Shown here in pieces: positions 1-9,968 of a stretch of 64,000 nucleotides of DNA. The translations under genes were made by a program, and so were the position numbers. The DNA comes from an uncultured Planctomycetia bacterium. GTDB taxonomy: Bacteria > Omnitrophota > Gorgyraeia > S143-82. How positions within the stretch are numbered: position 1 is the stretch's first letter; every line of letters begins with the position of its first letter. The stretch lies in assembly GCA_964469495.1 (NCBI GenBank), contig CAYXYY010000054.1, positions 3,794 through 67,793 on the forward strand, in the 5' to 3' direction. The notes beneath the pieces were generated by a model. That model saw only the letters and a program-made list of their open reading frames with translations. It did not search any database and was not told the origin of the DNA.

Positions 1-553
1 CAACCGGATCTTCTGTTGTGATTATCTTTTTATCAATCGTGTTAAGCTCATTCATAAAAGAATATAAAGTAGTCGTCTTGCCGCTTCCAGTCGGCCCTGT
101 CACCAATACCATCCCGTTTGCCAAAGAAAAAAGCCGTTTAAATTTTGCAACATCTTCATCCCATATGCCAAGCTCATCAACAGATACAACACCCCGCTCC
201 TTGTCCAACACACGCAATACAACGCTCTCACCAAAAACCGTCGGCAGAGTTGAGACGCGCATATCTATTTCCTTATCATCTACATTTACGACCATCCTGC
301 CGTCTTGAGGCACGCGCGATTCAGCCACATCCAGATTGGCAAGCACCTTTATACGAGAGATAAGCGGAGAAAATAATTGAGCAGGCGGGCTAATCAGGTT
401 GACCACGACACCGTCAACTCTGCACCTTATCTTAAAACCATCCAAAAACGACTCAAAATGCACATCGCTTGCGTTTAATCTGACCGCCTCTCGCAAGACC
501 TTGTCCAATAACTGAACCACAGGCGCGTCATTTAAGGCATCCATCGTATCCAT
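1..553 (-). CDS. Type II/IV secretion-family ATPase (GspE/PilB-like ATPase core), partial; C-terminus runs off the window start
   Basis: Reverse-strand translation from the ATG at 553 gives MDTMDALNDAPVVQLLDKVLREAVRLNASDVHFE...RVSTLPTVFGESVVLRVLD...LVTGPTGSGKTTTLYSF. This shows the GspE N2/ASDIHxE motif, the Asp box and a Walker A motif. There is no stop before position 1. An N1/T2SSE_N domain is absent. Confidence 0.7.
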   Translation of the reverse strand, partial: MDTMDALNDAPVVQLLDKVLREAVRLNASDVHFESFLDGFKIRCRVDGVVVNLISPPAQLFSPLISRIKVLANLDVAESRVPQDGRMVVNVDDKEIDMRVSTLPTVFGESVVLRVLDKERGVVSVDELGIWDEDVAKFKRLFSLANGMVLVTGPTGSGKTTTLYSFMNELNTIDKKIITTEDPV

Positions 554-574
554 ATGTTCTCCTTGTATAAATTA

Positions 575-1570
575 TCACGGCAAAGATGCAAACAGCAAAT
601 CCTCCAAAAACACAACAACTATTACCAACAAAATAGCCGGGGCCAAAAAGAAACGAAACAGTTCCCTGCGTTGACTGAAACTAACGGCCTTAACATCGCT
701 CTTCTCCAAGCTGTCTATCAATTTAAATATCTTTTTCATAGACGCCTCATCTTGCGCCCGAAAATAGGACCCGCCTGTCATAGAGGATAATTCTTTAAGT
801 AATTTTTCATCTATCTCGGTTTTCTGATAGACAATCCTCCTGCCGAAAATCGGGTCATCCACAGGAAAAGGGGCAACACCTTCCTTGCCAACGCCTATCG
901 CGTATATCTTTACTCCTAATTCCTTTGCAAGATTTGCCGCAGTTATAGGATCAACGTTGCCTGCGTTATTCACCCCATCCGTTATCAATATTACCAACTT
1001 TGTCTTTGCCTTGGAATGTTTAAGGTGCCTGAGGGCAGTGGCTATCGCGCTGCCTATCGCCGTGCCGTCCTGTATCTGCCCGACGCGAACCTGTTCTATA
1101 AAGGCCTTTAACATCTGATAATCCAACGTAAGCGGACATTGCAAAAACGTCTTCGCTGCAAATACGACAAGGCCTATTCTATCACCCTTACGTCCGTTGA
1201 TAAAACGCTCAGCCTCTTTCTTGGCAACAGATAGCCTATCCTGCTTGCCGAAATCCAAGGCCTGCATACTGCCTGATATATCCAGCGCAAGTATTATGTC
1301 CACGCCCTTTCCTGTGATTATTGATTTTGAGTTCAATAATTGCGGCTGCATAAGGGCTAAAATCAATAACGATAAAACGAATATCTTAAGGCCAAAGATA
1401 AATATGCCTTTTTTATCTGAACAAAAACCGCAAGACTCGAGAATGATAGGCAAGGTCGGCAAAAATATAACACCGCTTTCTTGCAATGGCCGTTTCTTTG
1501 CCTTAAAGTATATTATTAATCCAAGAATCACAAATAATATAATGAAAATCGGCATTGCAAATACAAACAT
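575..1570 (-). CDS. von Willebrand factor A domain membrane protein, BatA-like
   Basis: An N-terminal TM segment is followed by a vWA domain with a MIDAS motif (DIILALDISGSM ... LVILITDGVNNAG). This is the BatA-like architecture. Confidence 0.7.
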   Translation of the reverse strand: MFVFAMPIFIILFVILGLIIYFKAKKRPLQESGVIFLPTLPIILESCGFCSDKKGIFIFGLKIFVLSLLILALMQPQLLNSKSIITGKGVDIILALDISGSMQALDFGKQDRLSVAKKEAERFINGRKGDRIGLVVFAAKTFLQCPLTLDYQMLKAFIEQVRVGQIQDGTAIGSAIATALRHLKHSKAKTKLVILITDGVNNAGNVDPITAANLAKELGVKIYAIGVGKEGVAPFPVDDPIFGRRIVYQKTEIDEKLLKELSSMTGGSYFRAQDEASMKKIFKLIDSLEKSDVKAVSFSQRRELFRFFLAPAILLVIVVVFLEDLLFASLP

Positions 1571-1626
1571 AAAACCACCTCTTTATCTTATTCCCAAATA
1601 AATTATACCAAAAATTTATCAATATT

Positions 1627-2726
1627 TTATGGCAATAAAGACATCGCTCCAAGACCAAATATCAAAAAAATCATCGGAACAGGCAAAAGCACCACCCATA
1701 TCGGCACGTTCACCACCTTTGCTATCCCAACAGACAACATCATAGCAACGTAATACAGAAAGAACAACACAATCCCTATACCGATTTGGGCAACGCCGAC
1801 AGGTTTTCTGCCTATCCTTAGAGTAAACGGCAGGCCTGCAATCAACAAGATAACAGCTGTAAACGGAAAGATAATTCTATTGGCCAATTTCACCCGATAA
1901 TCCCTCAAGGTGGCCTTTGCCTGACTCTGTTTCAACCGTTTTATATGGCTTAACAAGGCCTTTATGTTAAGGCTGTCTGCATAGGCCTCATTGCGCACAA
2001 TATCCTGAGGCGTGAGGCCAAGTTCGGCATCCTTTTGTCTAAAAAATTCCTTTTTATCTTGTTCAAGTTCGCCTGTTTCGTCAAACTTATAAGTGAGCAG
2101 ATTCTCAAATCTCCACTTCCCCTCATGCCAAAACGCCTTTTGCGCCACCCACTTTTCTCTGACCTTTTGGTTCTCGTCCTGAAAAAGGATTACCAAACCT
2201 TGCATCTGCCTCTTGTCCGGAAAGTACTTACTGACAAAAAACAACCTATTCCCTTCACCATAAAACGCAAGGTTCCTTAACATCAGGTTGTCCTTCTGCG
2301 CATATGACCTTGTAATAAAATCCCTTTTTACGCTCTTCGTAAAAACAATTGAACCGGGCACAAATTCCTCATTTACAAAAAACACCACAGCGCATAACAA
2401 TAAAGCGCCTGCAAATAAAGGGAACAACACAAAACCTAAACTCTTTCCACTTGAGCGAATCGCAATAATCTCATTTGAATAATTCATATGCGCCATAGAA
2501 TACATCCCTGATAAAAGCGAAGAAACAGGCGCAACGTTCACGAATATCATTGGCACCATAGAGATATAATACTTAAGCAAGACATCTAACGGGACCTTGT
2601 TTTGCAAGATATCGTCAAGGTGTGAAAATAAATCAATCACTATATACAAAAGCACGAATACCAAAACACCTAAAAGCATACCTTTTATGTACCTGACTAT
2701 GATATATCTATCCAAGATTCTCATCA
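1627..2726 (-). CDS. lptG: LptF/LptG-family LPS export permease (YjgP/YjgQ), second of a tandem pair
   Basis: The 6-TM YjgP/YjgQ architecture has its likely start at MRILDRYII, with an ATGA start/stop overlap with the upstream paralog. The symbol is tentative and based on gene order. Confidence 0.6.
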
Positions 2727-3827
2727 CTGCCTCTTTAACAACAAAACGCCCGCAAAAAACAACACAATATTGGGAACCCACATACCTATCCACGGATTGA
2801 TAATCCCGCGTATGCTCAAGGCCTCTGCGCCCAAAAGCAACAAGTAATACACCACGGCAATCATAATCACCAACAGAACCCCGAGAGATTTTTCCTGACG
2901 CTTTACCCTGATAGAAAATGGCAGGCCTATTATGGCAAAGATAAACGGCGCAAAAGATAGGGCAATCTTGTTGCTTATCTGCGCCTCTATTGGTTTGATA
3001 TCTATACCTTGTCCTTCAAGCCTTTCCTTCTCATTCAACAACTCTTTTATAGAAAATTCCTTTAATTTTTTTTCAATCTTCTTTCCCGCGCCCGGGATTT
3101 TCAAGTTCATATAATAATCATTAAAATTCAGTTTATACACCTGCATAGGGTTTCTCGGATTAGGCTCATCCGATGTGCCTTTTATCAAATGCAAATGCAC
3201 CTTGCCCTCATCCTTGTTAATTATCACATCCCCCCTGTCAGCAACTATCGTCCTCGCAGGCAAATCATGCCTTAATTGGTATATACGAATATACCTCAAT
3301 TTATTCGGCGCCGGCATCTGATATATAAACATTATATACCCGGGGAACTCGTCTATAAACCTGCCGGGCTCAAGATACGCGCCGGGACTCTTTAATCCTA
3401 TCTCAACAGAAATCCTGCGCATTTGAAAATGCGAATAAGGGATTATCTTATCGTTCATCAAAAGGGCAAACAAACTAATCGCAAAAGCAAACAAAAAAAC
3501 AGGAAAGGCAATCCAGAACAGACTTATACCGCTAGATCGGATTGCATCTATCTCATTGTCTGCGGAAAACCTGCCAAACACCAAGATTACAGCCGTTAAC
3601 ATGGCTATTGGCAAGACATAAGAAAGCACGGTTAAAAGAAAGTAAAACACAAATTTGCCCAATAAATGCGGTGAAATGCCTTTGTTTACAATCAGGTCCG
3701 GAATTTTTAGGAAATTCACGAGCAACATTACAAAAGCAACAACAAAAACCGATAAAAAAAAGACTTTGAAGATCTCCAATAATACGTAATTTCTTATGGT
3801 CCTCATCCGTATAGCCCGAATACCCAT
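2724..3827 (-). CDS. lptF: LptF/LptG-family LPS export permease, first of a tandem pair
   Basis: It begins MGIRAIRMRTIRNYVLLEIFKVF, which is typical of the LptF/G N-terminus. It has a large periplasmic loop plus C-terminal TM segments. The symbol is tentative. Confidence 0.6.
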   Translation of the reverse strand: MGIRAIRMRTIRNYVLLEIFKVFFLSVFVVAFVMLLVNFLKIPDLIVNKGISPHLLGKFVFYFLLTVLSYVLPIAMLTAVILVFGRFSADNEIDAIRSSGISLFWIAFPVFLFAFAISLFALLMNDKIIPYSHFQMRRISVEIGLKSPGAYLEPGRFIDEFPGYIMFIYQMPAPNKLRYIRIYQLRHDLPARTIVADRGDVIINKDEGKVHLHLIKGTSDEPNPRNPMQVYKLNFNDYYMNLKIPGAGKKIEKKLKEFSIKELLNEKERLEGQGIDIKPIEAQISNKIALSFAPFIFAIIGLPFSIRVKRQEKSLGVLLVIMIAVVYYLLLLGAEALSIRGIINPWIGMWVPNIVLFFAGVLLLKRQ

Positions 3828-4441
3828 ACGCGGTTAGCTCCATTTCGTTTTAACTGTCTTGCGCACTCAACTATTGTATTGCCGCTTGTAATAACATCGT
3901 CTATCAACAACACATCCATTTTACCTGTTAAGACAGACGCTTTAAACAGGTTTTTCACATTATCACGCCTTCTTTTTGTGTCTTTGATATAATGCTGTGG
4001 CACAGAAAGCCTTGTTGTTTTTAACAGTCCCATAACCGGCAGGCCTGTTTTATCAGCAAACAGCTCTGCAAGCACTCTGGCCTGATTATATCCTCTTAAG
4101 AGTCTTCTAACAGGATGCATAGGCACATAACTAACGACAAAATTATCCAAAGACAACTTATAATACTCCACATAATCCGCCATCAAATCCGCCAATACCG
4201 AGGCAATAGGCAAAAGCCGAAAGAATTTCAAATGCATAATAGCCGGCTTGAACCTGCTCTGATACGGCCACAGATAAAAGGCCTTATCAATAGGCCTTAA
4301 ACCTTGTTTTGCTTTAAAAGGAGATATCCAATAACGCGGGCTTTTACATTCCCTGCATAGAAACAAACCATTGTCAATGCCTCTTCCGCAAGATACGCAT
4401 ACAGGGATAAAAAACAGGTCAAAAATCCTTAACCAGTTCAT
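3803..4441 (-). CDS. comF: ComF-family protein (double zinc ribbon plus phosphoribosyltransferase domain)
   Basis: It has N-terminal CxxC...CxxC pairs (CVSCGRG...CRECKSP) and a C-terminal PRTase motif, VLLIDDVITSGNT. Confidence 0.65.
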   Translation of the reverse strand: MNWLRIFDLFFIPVCVSCGRGIDNGLFLCRECKSPRYWISPFKAKQGLRPIDKAFYLWPYQSRFKPAIMHLKFFRLLPIASVLADLMADYVEYYKLSLDNFVVSYVPMHPVRRLLRGYNQARVLAELFADKTGLPVMGLLKTTRLSVPQHYIKDTKRRRDNVKNLFKASVLTGKMDVLLIDDVITSGNTIVECARQLKRNGANRVWVFGLYG

Positions 4442-4937
4442 TCCAAAGGCCTTTTGCCTTTAATATGATTTCACAAACCTCTCTCACCGCCCCAAATCCA
4501 CCGCTTTTTTCTGTTATATAAAGGGCCTTTTGTTTTGTTTCTAATGCGGCATTTGCAACAGCGATAGGAAATCCGACTTTCTTCATCGCGCGAATATCCA
4601 CCAAATCATCTCCGACAAATGCAATCTTATCCAATGATATATTCATACCTTTAGATAAATCTTCTATGGCCTTGCCCTTATCAGACACGTCTTCCAAAAC
4701 GATCTTCACATTACAAGACTGAGCCCTGCGTTTTATCACACTTGAGGACTTGGCGCTCATAAATGCCACCGGAATATTCGCCTTTGCCATCAGACTCAAC
4801 CCCATACCGTCCAATACATTAAAGAACTTCATATCCGAACCATCGGAACAATAGACTATCCTGCCGTCTGTCAAAACCCCATCCACATCCAAAACCAGTA
4901 ATTCAATCTTATTTGCTATCTCATTAATGGATTTCAT
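4419..4937 (-). CDS. kdsC: 3-deoxy-D-manno-octulosonate 8-phosphate phosphatase, HAD family
   Basis: It carries the HAD motif LLVLDVDGVLTDGRI and has the KdsC-typical length (172 aa) and motifs (GDDLVD). Confidence 0.7.
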   Translation of the reverse strand: MKSINEIANKIELLVLDVDGVLTDGRIVYCSDGSDMKFFNVLDGMGLSLMAKANIPVAFMSAKSSSVIKRRAQSCNVKIVLEDVSDKGKAIEDLSKGMNISLDKIAFVGDDLVDIRAMKKVGFPIAVANAALETKQKALYITEKSGGFGAVREVCEIILKAKGLWNELVKDF

Positions 4938-4948
4938 TCTTTCCCCCT

Positions 4949-5953
4949 TTAAACGGATAAAATCCTAGAAAGTTCGTTAAATACCATCTCAACACTTACA
5001 GACCTGATACACTTATAGTCATAGGCGCAATTGGCCCTATAACAAGGGATACGGCAATCATCAGGAGGCGCAAACAAGTTTACGGCATTCAAGGACAAAA
5101 GCCCGGTTATTTTAGGGTCTGTCGGGCCAAAAACACCTATACAGTTTTTATTAACAGCGCTTGCTATGTGCAACGGCCCGCTGTCATTGGATATAACGGC
5201 CCTCGCCCCTTCCAGTAAAGCAGCCAATTGCCTTATGGTCGTCTTGCCAGCGGCAATAAAAATCCTGTCCTGTCTTATCATTCCATATAATTTCTCAGCA
5301 AGCCATACATCGCCTTGCGCTCCAGATATAACAATGCCCAATCCAAGTTTATCAATAATCCTTTCGGCCAATTGCGCATAGTTCTCTAAAGGCCAACGCT
5401 TGGCAGGCCAATTACCTCCGGGATTTATCACTACATAATCCTTAAAGCCATCCAATAAGACCTCTATATAACGCCTTGCCTCATCAGGCACCTTAAATGC
5501 ATAGGACTTATCCTCTGCGGCAATCCCTAACGGTTTAACAATAGACAGATACATATCTATTCTGTGCCTGTCATCCTTTTCAAATTCCACCGGATTGTCC
5601 AGCAATAATGACCTTACACCTGAATTTTTCCAACCGACAAGATTCTTGATACCGGCTAATTTTAGAAACAAGGCGCGAGAATCTGAAGGATGAAATAATA
5701 TCCCAATATCATAATTGGCAATTTTAATGGAGCGAATGAATTTAATAACCCCGGACGGGTGAAAAATCCAACCCTTTTCGGAAAAAGGTATAATTTCATC
5801 GACATAAGGAATACACGACAAGACGTCTGTTGTCCTTGGATGGGCAATACAAGCAAGATGGCTTTCAGGATACACCTCTTTAATCGCCCTCAACGCCGGG
5901 CTGGTAAAAAGCACATCCCCAAGCCAGTTTGGTTCATATACAATAATCTTATT
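4949..5953 (-). CDS. Glycosyltransferase family 9 (ADP-heptose:LPS heptosyltransferase-like)
   Basis: It shows GT9 motifs (IVYEPNWLGDVLFTSPALRAI ... PGGNWPAKRWPLENYAQL ... NDSGPLHIA). The start was chosen at MNKIIVY, so the ORF may extend to 5977. Confidence 0.65.
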   Translation of the reverse strand, partial: NKIIVYEPNWLGDVLFTSPALRAIKEVYPESHLACIAHPRTTDVLSCIPYVDEIIPFSEKGWIFHPSGVIKFIRSIKIANYDIGILFHPSDSRALFLKLAGIKNLVGWKNSGVRSLLLDNPVEFEKDDRHRIDMYLSIVKPLGIAAEDKSYAFKVPDEARRYIEVLLDGFKDYVVINPGGNWPAKRWPLENYAQLAERIIDKLGLGIVISGAQGDVWLAEKLYGMIRQDRIFIAAGKTTIRQLAALLEGARAVISNDSGPLHIASAVNKNCIGVFGPTDPKITGLLSLNAVNLFAPPDDCRIPCYRANCAYDYKCIRSVSVEMVFNELSRILSV

Positions 5954-6128
5954 CATAAACACTCCATTAACATACACAGAGATTTTATCACATCTGCCAA
6001 GAGATGATTATTAAAAATAAGCTGTTTGATATCCGCGTCAATCAAATGCTTGGCCCTTTTACAAAATTCCCTTTATAAATATATTATCCTCGTACTTATA
6101 GATATCCACATGGCAGCCGTTGAAACAT

Positions 6129-6911
6129 TTAACCTATAACAAAAAATTCCTCAGCGGTTTTATTGCTCTGCGAGATGAGTTTTTCCAAGGATATGCCTTT
6201 TTCTTTGGCAAGGGCCTGCGCCACATCCATCACGTTTAGGGGTTCGTTTCTCTTGCCGCGTATGCGCTGAGGCGCAAGGTAAGGGGCATCTGTCTCAAGC
6301 ATTATTCTTTCTATAGGCGCATATCTTGCCGCTTCCCTTATTGAGTCTGATTTCTTATAGGTTATATTTCCTGTAAATGATATGTATCCGCCTCTGTCCA
6401 ATATGTGTTTTGCAAAATCTTTATCGCCTGAAAAGCAGTGCACAACAAATTTGACCCGGCCTGAATCAAAAACGTCTAATACCTCCAAAAGTTCTTCATC
6501 CGCATCTCGGCTATGCACTATAACCGGCAGGCCTTTATCACTTGCCATATCCAAAAAACGCTCAAATGCCTTTATTTGATCATCTAATGGCGACAGATTT
6601 CTAAACAAATCTAAGCCCACTTCGCCAACGGCAATAAACGGACTCTGTTTGGCAAAAAGCTCTTCTCTTATCTTCTGCCAGTCTGTTTCCGAAAGGCCTG
6701 AAACATAATGCGGGTGCACCCCTATCGTAGGCAAAATCCTATTGTCTTTATGAAACAACTCCTTTACGAGAACTATGTCTTTTAACTCCGTGCACACGTT
6801 TATAAGCCAAGGCATTCCCCGGGCAAAGGTGTTTTCTATAAGATTGCCCCTGTCAGCATCATACTGATGGAAATGCAGGTGGCAATGGGTATCTATCGGA
6901 TAATCATTCAT
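6129..6911 (-). CDS. tatD: TatD-family metal-dependent hydrolase/DNase
   Basis: It has the IDTHCHLHF metal-binding N-terminus and a TIM-barrel TatD pattern (VGEVGLD, HSRDA). Confidence 0.75.
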   Translation of the reverse strand: MNDYPIDTHCHLHFHQYDADRGNLIENTFARGMPWLINVCTELKDIVLVKELFHKDNRILPTIGVHPHYVSGLSETDWQKIREELFAKQSPFIAVGEVGLDLFRNLSPLDDQIKAFERFLDMASDKGLPVIVHSRDADEELLEVLDVFDSGRVKFVVHCFSGDKDFAKHILDRGGYISFTGNITYKKSDSIREAARYAPIERIMLETDAPYLAPQRIRGKRNEPLNVMDVAQALAKEKGISLEKLISQSNKTAEEFFVIG

Positions 6912-8466
6912 CGTCTTCTCGTCTGGGAAACAGTGGAGGAAGTTTTGCTATCTTTGCGCCGTCTTCTACTAATCCCCAAACAAAGCTATCATCCCACTTT
7001 CCTTCAAAGGCAGGTTCTAATGAAAGCTGTTGCCATATCTTTTCCGCTGTTTGAGGCATCACAGGATAGATACACAATCCAATAATACGCAACGCCTCCA
7101 ATAAAGTATACATAAATCTCTGAAGGTCTTCTGTCCTGCCTTCTCTGCGCATCGTCCAAGGTTGCTCTTCTTCTATGAATTTATTGGCAATGTTAATTAC
7201 TTCCCATACATATGAAAGGCCTGTATAAAAATTAAGCGCAGAAAACTCCAAATCCACTTTTTCTTTTAATTCAAATAAAGCATCGGTCAGTGAATTCTTC
7301 GGCATCTCTTCAAAACGCACCACACCCTCTTTCAAATACTTTTCAGCCATGCTCATCACCCGATACGTAAGATTGCCTAAATCATTCGCCAGATCCCCGT
7401 TATATCTCTTTAGCACAGATTCATACGAAAAGACCCCGTCAATGCCCAAAGGTATCTCCCTTAACAAAAAGAACCTGTACACGTCAAGCCCAAAATCCTG
7501 TATCATCACGTACGGGTCAACTATGTTGCCTTTTGACTTTGACATCTTTTCCGCCTGCCCTTTTTTATCAACCAACCACCACCCATGGGCAATCACCTGT
7601 TTAGGAGGTTCAAGGCCTAATGCTTTTAGCATTGTCGGCCAATAAACCGCATGTTGGCGCAATATATCCTTGCCTATTAGATGCACATCAGCAGGCCAAT
7701 ACCTGGAAAACAGGTTCCCTCCCTGTTCAGGATATCCCAACGCGCTGATATAGTTTATCAATGCGTCAAACCAGACATAGGTAATGTGGTCTGTTGAAAA
7801 AGGCAATTCTATTCCCCATTCAAATCTGGATTTCGGACGCGAGATGCACAGATCCGCCAGTTTCTCGTTTTCCAAGAAGCTCATCACCTCATTATACCTT
7901 GTTTCCGGTTTTACAAAGTCAGGATGGTCTTTGAGATACTGGATAAGCCAATCCTGATACTTGGACATACGGAAGAAAAAGTTTTCTTCAGTCAACTCCT
8001 CAACAGGCCTGCCACAATCAGGACAAACCCGCTTGCCATCCTTTTGCTCTGTCTGGGCGTCTGTTAAAAATATTTCACACGGCAGGCAATACCACCCTGT
8101 ATAGGAATCTTTATAGATGTCTCCCTTTTCATATAATTCGGTTAAGACGTGTTGCACCGCCTTCTTATGTCTTTGTTCCGTGGTCCTGATAAAATCATCA
8201 GGCTGAACGTTCAAGGCCTTCCATAGCTCTTTAAAGTGTTCTGCTAACTCGTCAACAAAGGCCTGTGTTTCTTTACCTGATGCCTGCGCTGCCTTTTCTA
8301 CCTTTTGTCCGTGTTCGTCTGTGCCGGTCAGGAAATAGGTGTCAACCCCTTTCATTTTATAAAAACGCGCAACGGCATCAGCCGCTATGTTGGTATAGGA
8401 ATGCCCTATATGAGGAGCGGCGTTTACATAATATATCGGTGTTGTTATATAAAACTTATCTGCCAT
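6904..8466 (-). CDS. metG: Methionine--tRNA ligase (short form without the C-terminal tRNA-binding domain)
   Basis: It carries the class I HIGH motif (AAPHIGHSYT), the KMSKS motif (KMSKSKGN) and a zinc knuckle, CPDCGRP. Confidence 0.9.
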   Translation of the reverse strand: MADKFYITTPIYYVNAAPHIGHSYTNIAADAVARFYKMKGVDTYFLTGTDEHGQKVEKAAQASGKETQAFVDELAEHFKELWKALNVQPDDFIRTTEQRHKKAVQHVLTELYEKGDIYKDSYTGWYCLPCEIFLTDAQTEQKDGKRVCPDCGRPVEELTEENFFFRMSKYQDWLIQYLKDHPDFVKPETRYNEVMSFLENEKLADLCISRPKSRFEWGIELPFSTDHITYVWFDALINYISALGYPEQGGNLFSRYWPADVHLIGKDILRQHAVYWPTMLKALGLEPPKQVIAHGWWLVDKKGQAEKMSKSKGNIVDPYVMIQDFGLDVYRFFLLREIPLGIDGVFSYESVLKRYNGDLANDLGNLTYRVMSMAEKYLKEGVVRFEEMPKNSLTDALFELKEKVDLEFSALNFYTGLSYVWEVINIANKFIEEEQPWTMRREGRTEDLQRFMYTLLEALRIIGLCIYPVMPQTAEKIWQQLSLEPAFEGKWDDSFVWGLVEDGAKIAKLPPLFPRREDDE

Positions 8467-8487
8467 TGAGTTCCTTTCTTTTAAGAT

Positions 8488-9951
8488 CTATTCCTCTGAA
8501 AACAATGATAAAAACACACTTGCCAGCAATACTACAAACAACATCCCCCATCCGAATATCGCCACGTATTTGGCGGGGTATCCACCGTAAACCTGTGAGA
8601 AATCCTTATATATGCCGCTTATAAACAATAAAACCAACAGCACTGGTATGACAAGCTTTATCAAGACATCCCACCAAATCCCTATCTTGATATCCGAAAC
8701 CTCATTTATATAAGTCCTTAACTTGGCTGCGCCATATAACCAACCTACAGCCAATGTCTCTAATATGCCGACCAAAACCAAGCCATAACTAGTTATAAAG
8801 TGATCTACGATATCCAGGTAATAAAGCCCGGCATTTGTGGTAAAAACGATTCCCGTGAGAAACCCTGCAACAGATACCCATAAAGACACGTGTTCCCTTT
8901 TAACGTGCGGATATTTATCATGGACAACTGTCGCAACCGCCTCCACCAATGAAAACGCGCTGTCTATGCCAAGGGTAATCAACATAACAAAGAATGATAC
9001 CGCAAAGACAGCGGCAAATGGCATCATAGAAAGCGCCTTGGGAAATACAACAAAGGCAAGGCTCGGCCCTGATGACTGAGCAAGTTCTTGCAAAGGCACG
9101 CCGCTACTCTGGGCCATATACCCCAATGTTGAAAAAACAGCAAAACCGGCAACAATAGATATGCCGGAATTCAACAAAGAAGTCGTTATCGCGCTTTTGG
9201 ATATATCGCTTTTCTCGTGCTGATAACTGGCATACGCTATCATTATTCCAAATGCCAAACTCAATGTGAAAAATATCTGGGACATCGCCGCTTGCCAGAC
9301 CTCTATGTCTAACAACGCCTTGAAATTCGGTTTTAAATAGAGCAATATCCCGTCTATTGCGCCTGGAAGGGTTATCCCCCTAATAAGCAGGACAATCAAC
9401 AATATGACGGGCAGGGGCATCGTAACCAAAACCACTTGCCCAACACTTTTCACACCTTTCCATATAGAAAAATAAATCAGGGCCCAAACCACTATTAATG
9501 CCAACAGGATAGGCACAGAGACCGTCCCCATCTGCGATATATTAGGGCTGATATGCAGGACATTAGAGAAGAAAAATCCCTTTGTATCGGCTCCCCATTT
9601 TAGGCCAAAGGAATAGAATATATACAGCAGACACCACGCCATTACAACGGCATAATAACTGACCACGATAAATCCTGAAAGCACTGCGCCAAAACCAATA
9701 GAAGAAAGCCGTTGTTTTATTCTGGAAAATGACCCAACAGCCCCTACCTGCATCCTCTGTCCAATAGCAAACTCCAGAATAAGCAATGGAATCCCTATCA
9801 GCAGAAGCATAACCAGATAGGGAATCAAAAACGCGCCGCCGCCGTACTTTGCAGCGAGATACGGAAACCTCCAGATATTACCCAATCCCACCGCAGAACC
9901 AACAGCGGCAAAGATAAAGATGAGTTTAGAAGACCACCGGTCCCTTTCCAT
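8488..9951 (-). CDS. Sodium-dependent transporter, neurotransmitter:sodium symporter (SNF) family
   Basis: It has the NSS signature GLGNIWRFPYLAAKYGGGAFLIPY and 12 predicted TM segments. Confidence 0.8.
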   Translation of the reverse strand: MERDRWSSKLIFIFAAVGSAVGLGNIWRFPYLAAKYGGGAFLIPYLVMLLLIGIPLLILEFAIGQRMQVGAVGSFSRIKQRLSSIGFGAVLSGFIVVSYYAVVMAWCLLYIFYSFGLKWGADTKGFFFSNVLHISPNISQMGTVSVPILLALIVVWALIYFSIWKGVKSVGQVVLVTMPLPVILLIVLLIRGITLPGAIDGILLYLKPNFKALLDIEVWQAAMSQIFFTLSLAFGIMIAYASYQHEKSDISKSAITTSLLNSGISIVAGFAVFSTLGYMAQSSGVPLQELAQSSGPSLAFVVFPKALSMMPFAAVFAVSFFVMLITLGIDSAFSLVEAVATVVHDKYPHVKREHVSLWVSVAGFLTGIVFTTNAGLYYLDIVDHFITSYGLVLVGILETLAVGWLYGAAKLRTYINEVSDIKIGIWWDVLIKLVIPVLLVLLFISGIYKDFSQVYGGYPAKYVAIFGWGMLFVVLLASVFLSLFSEE

Positions 9952-9968
9952 AATCCTGCCTTTGTGAA

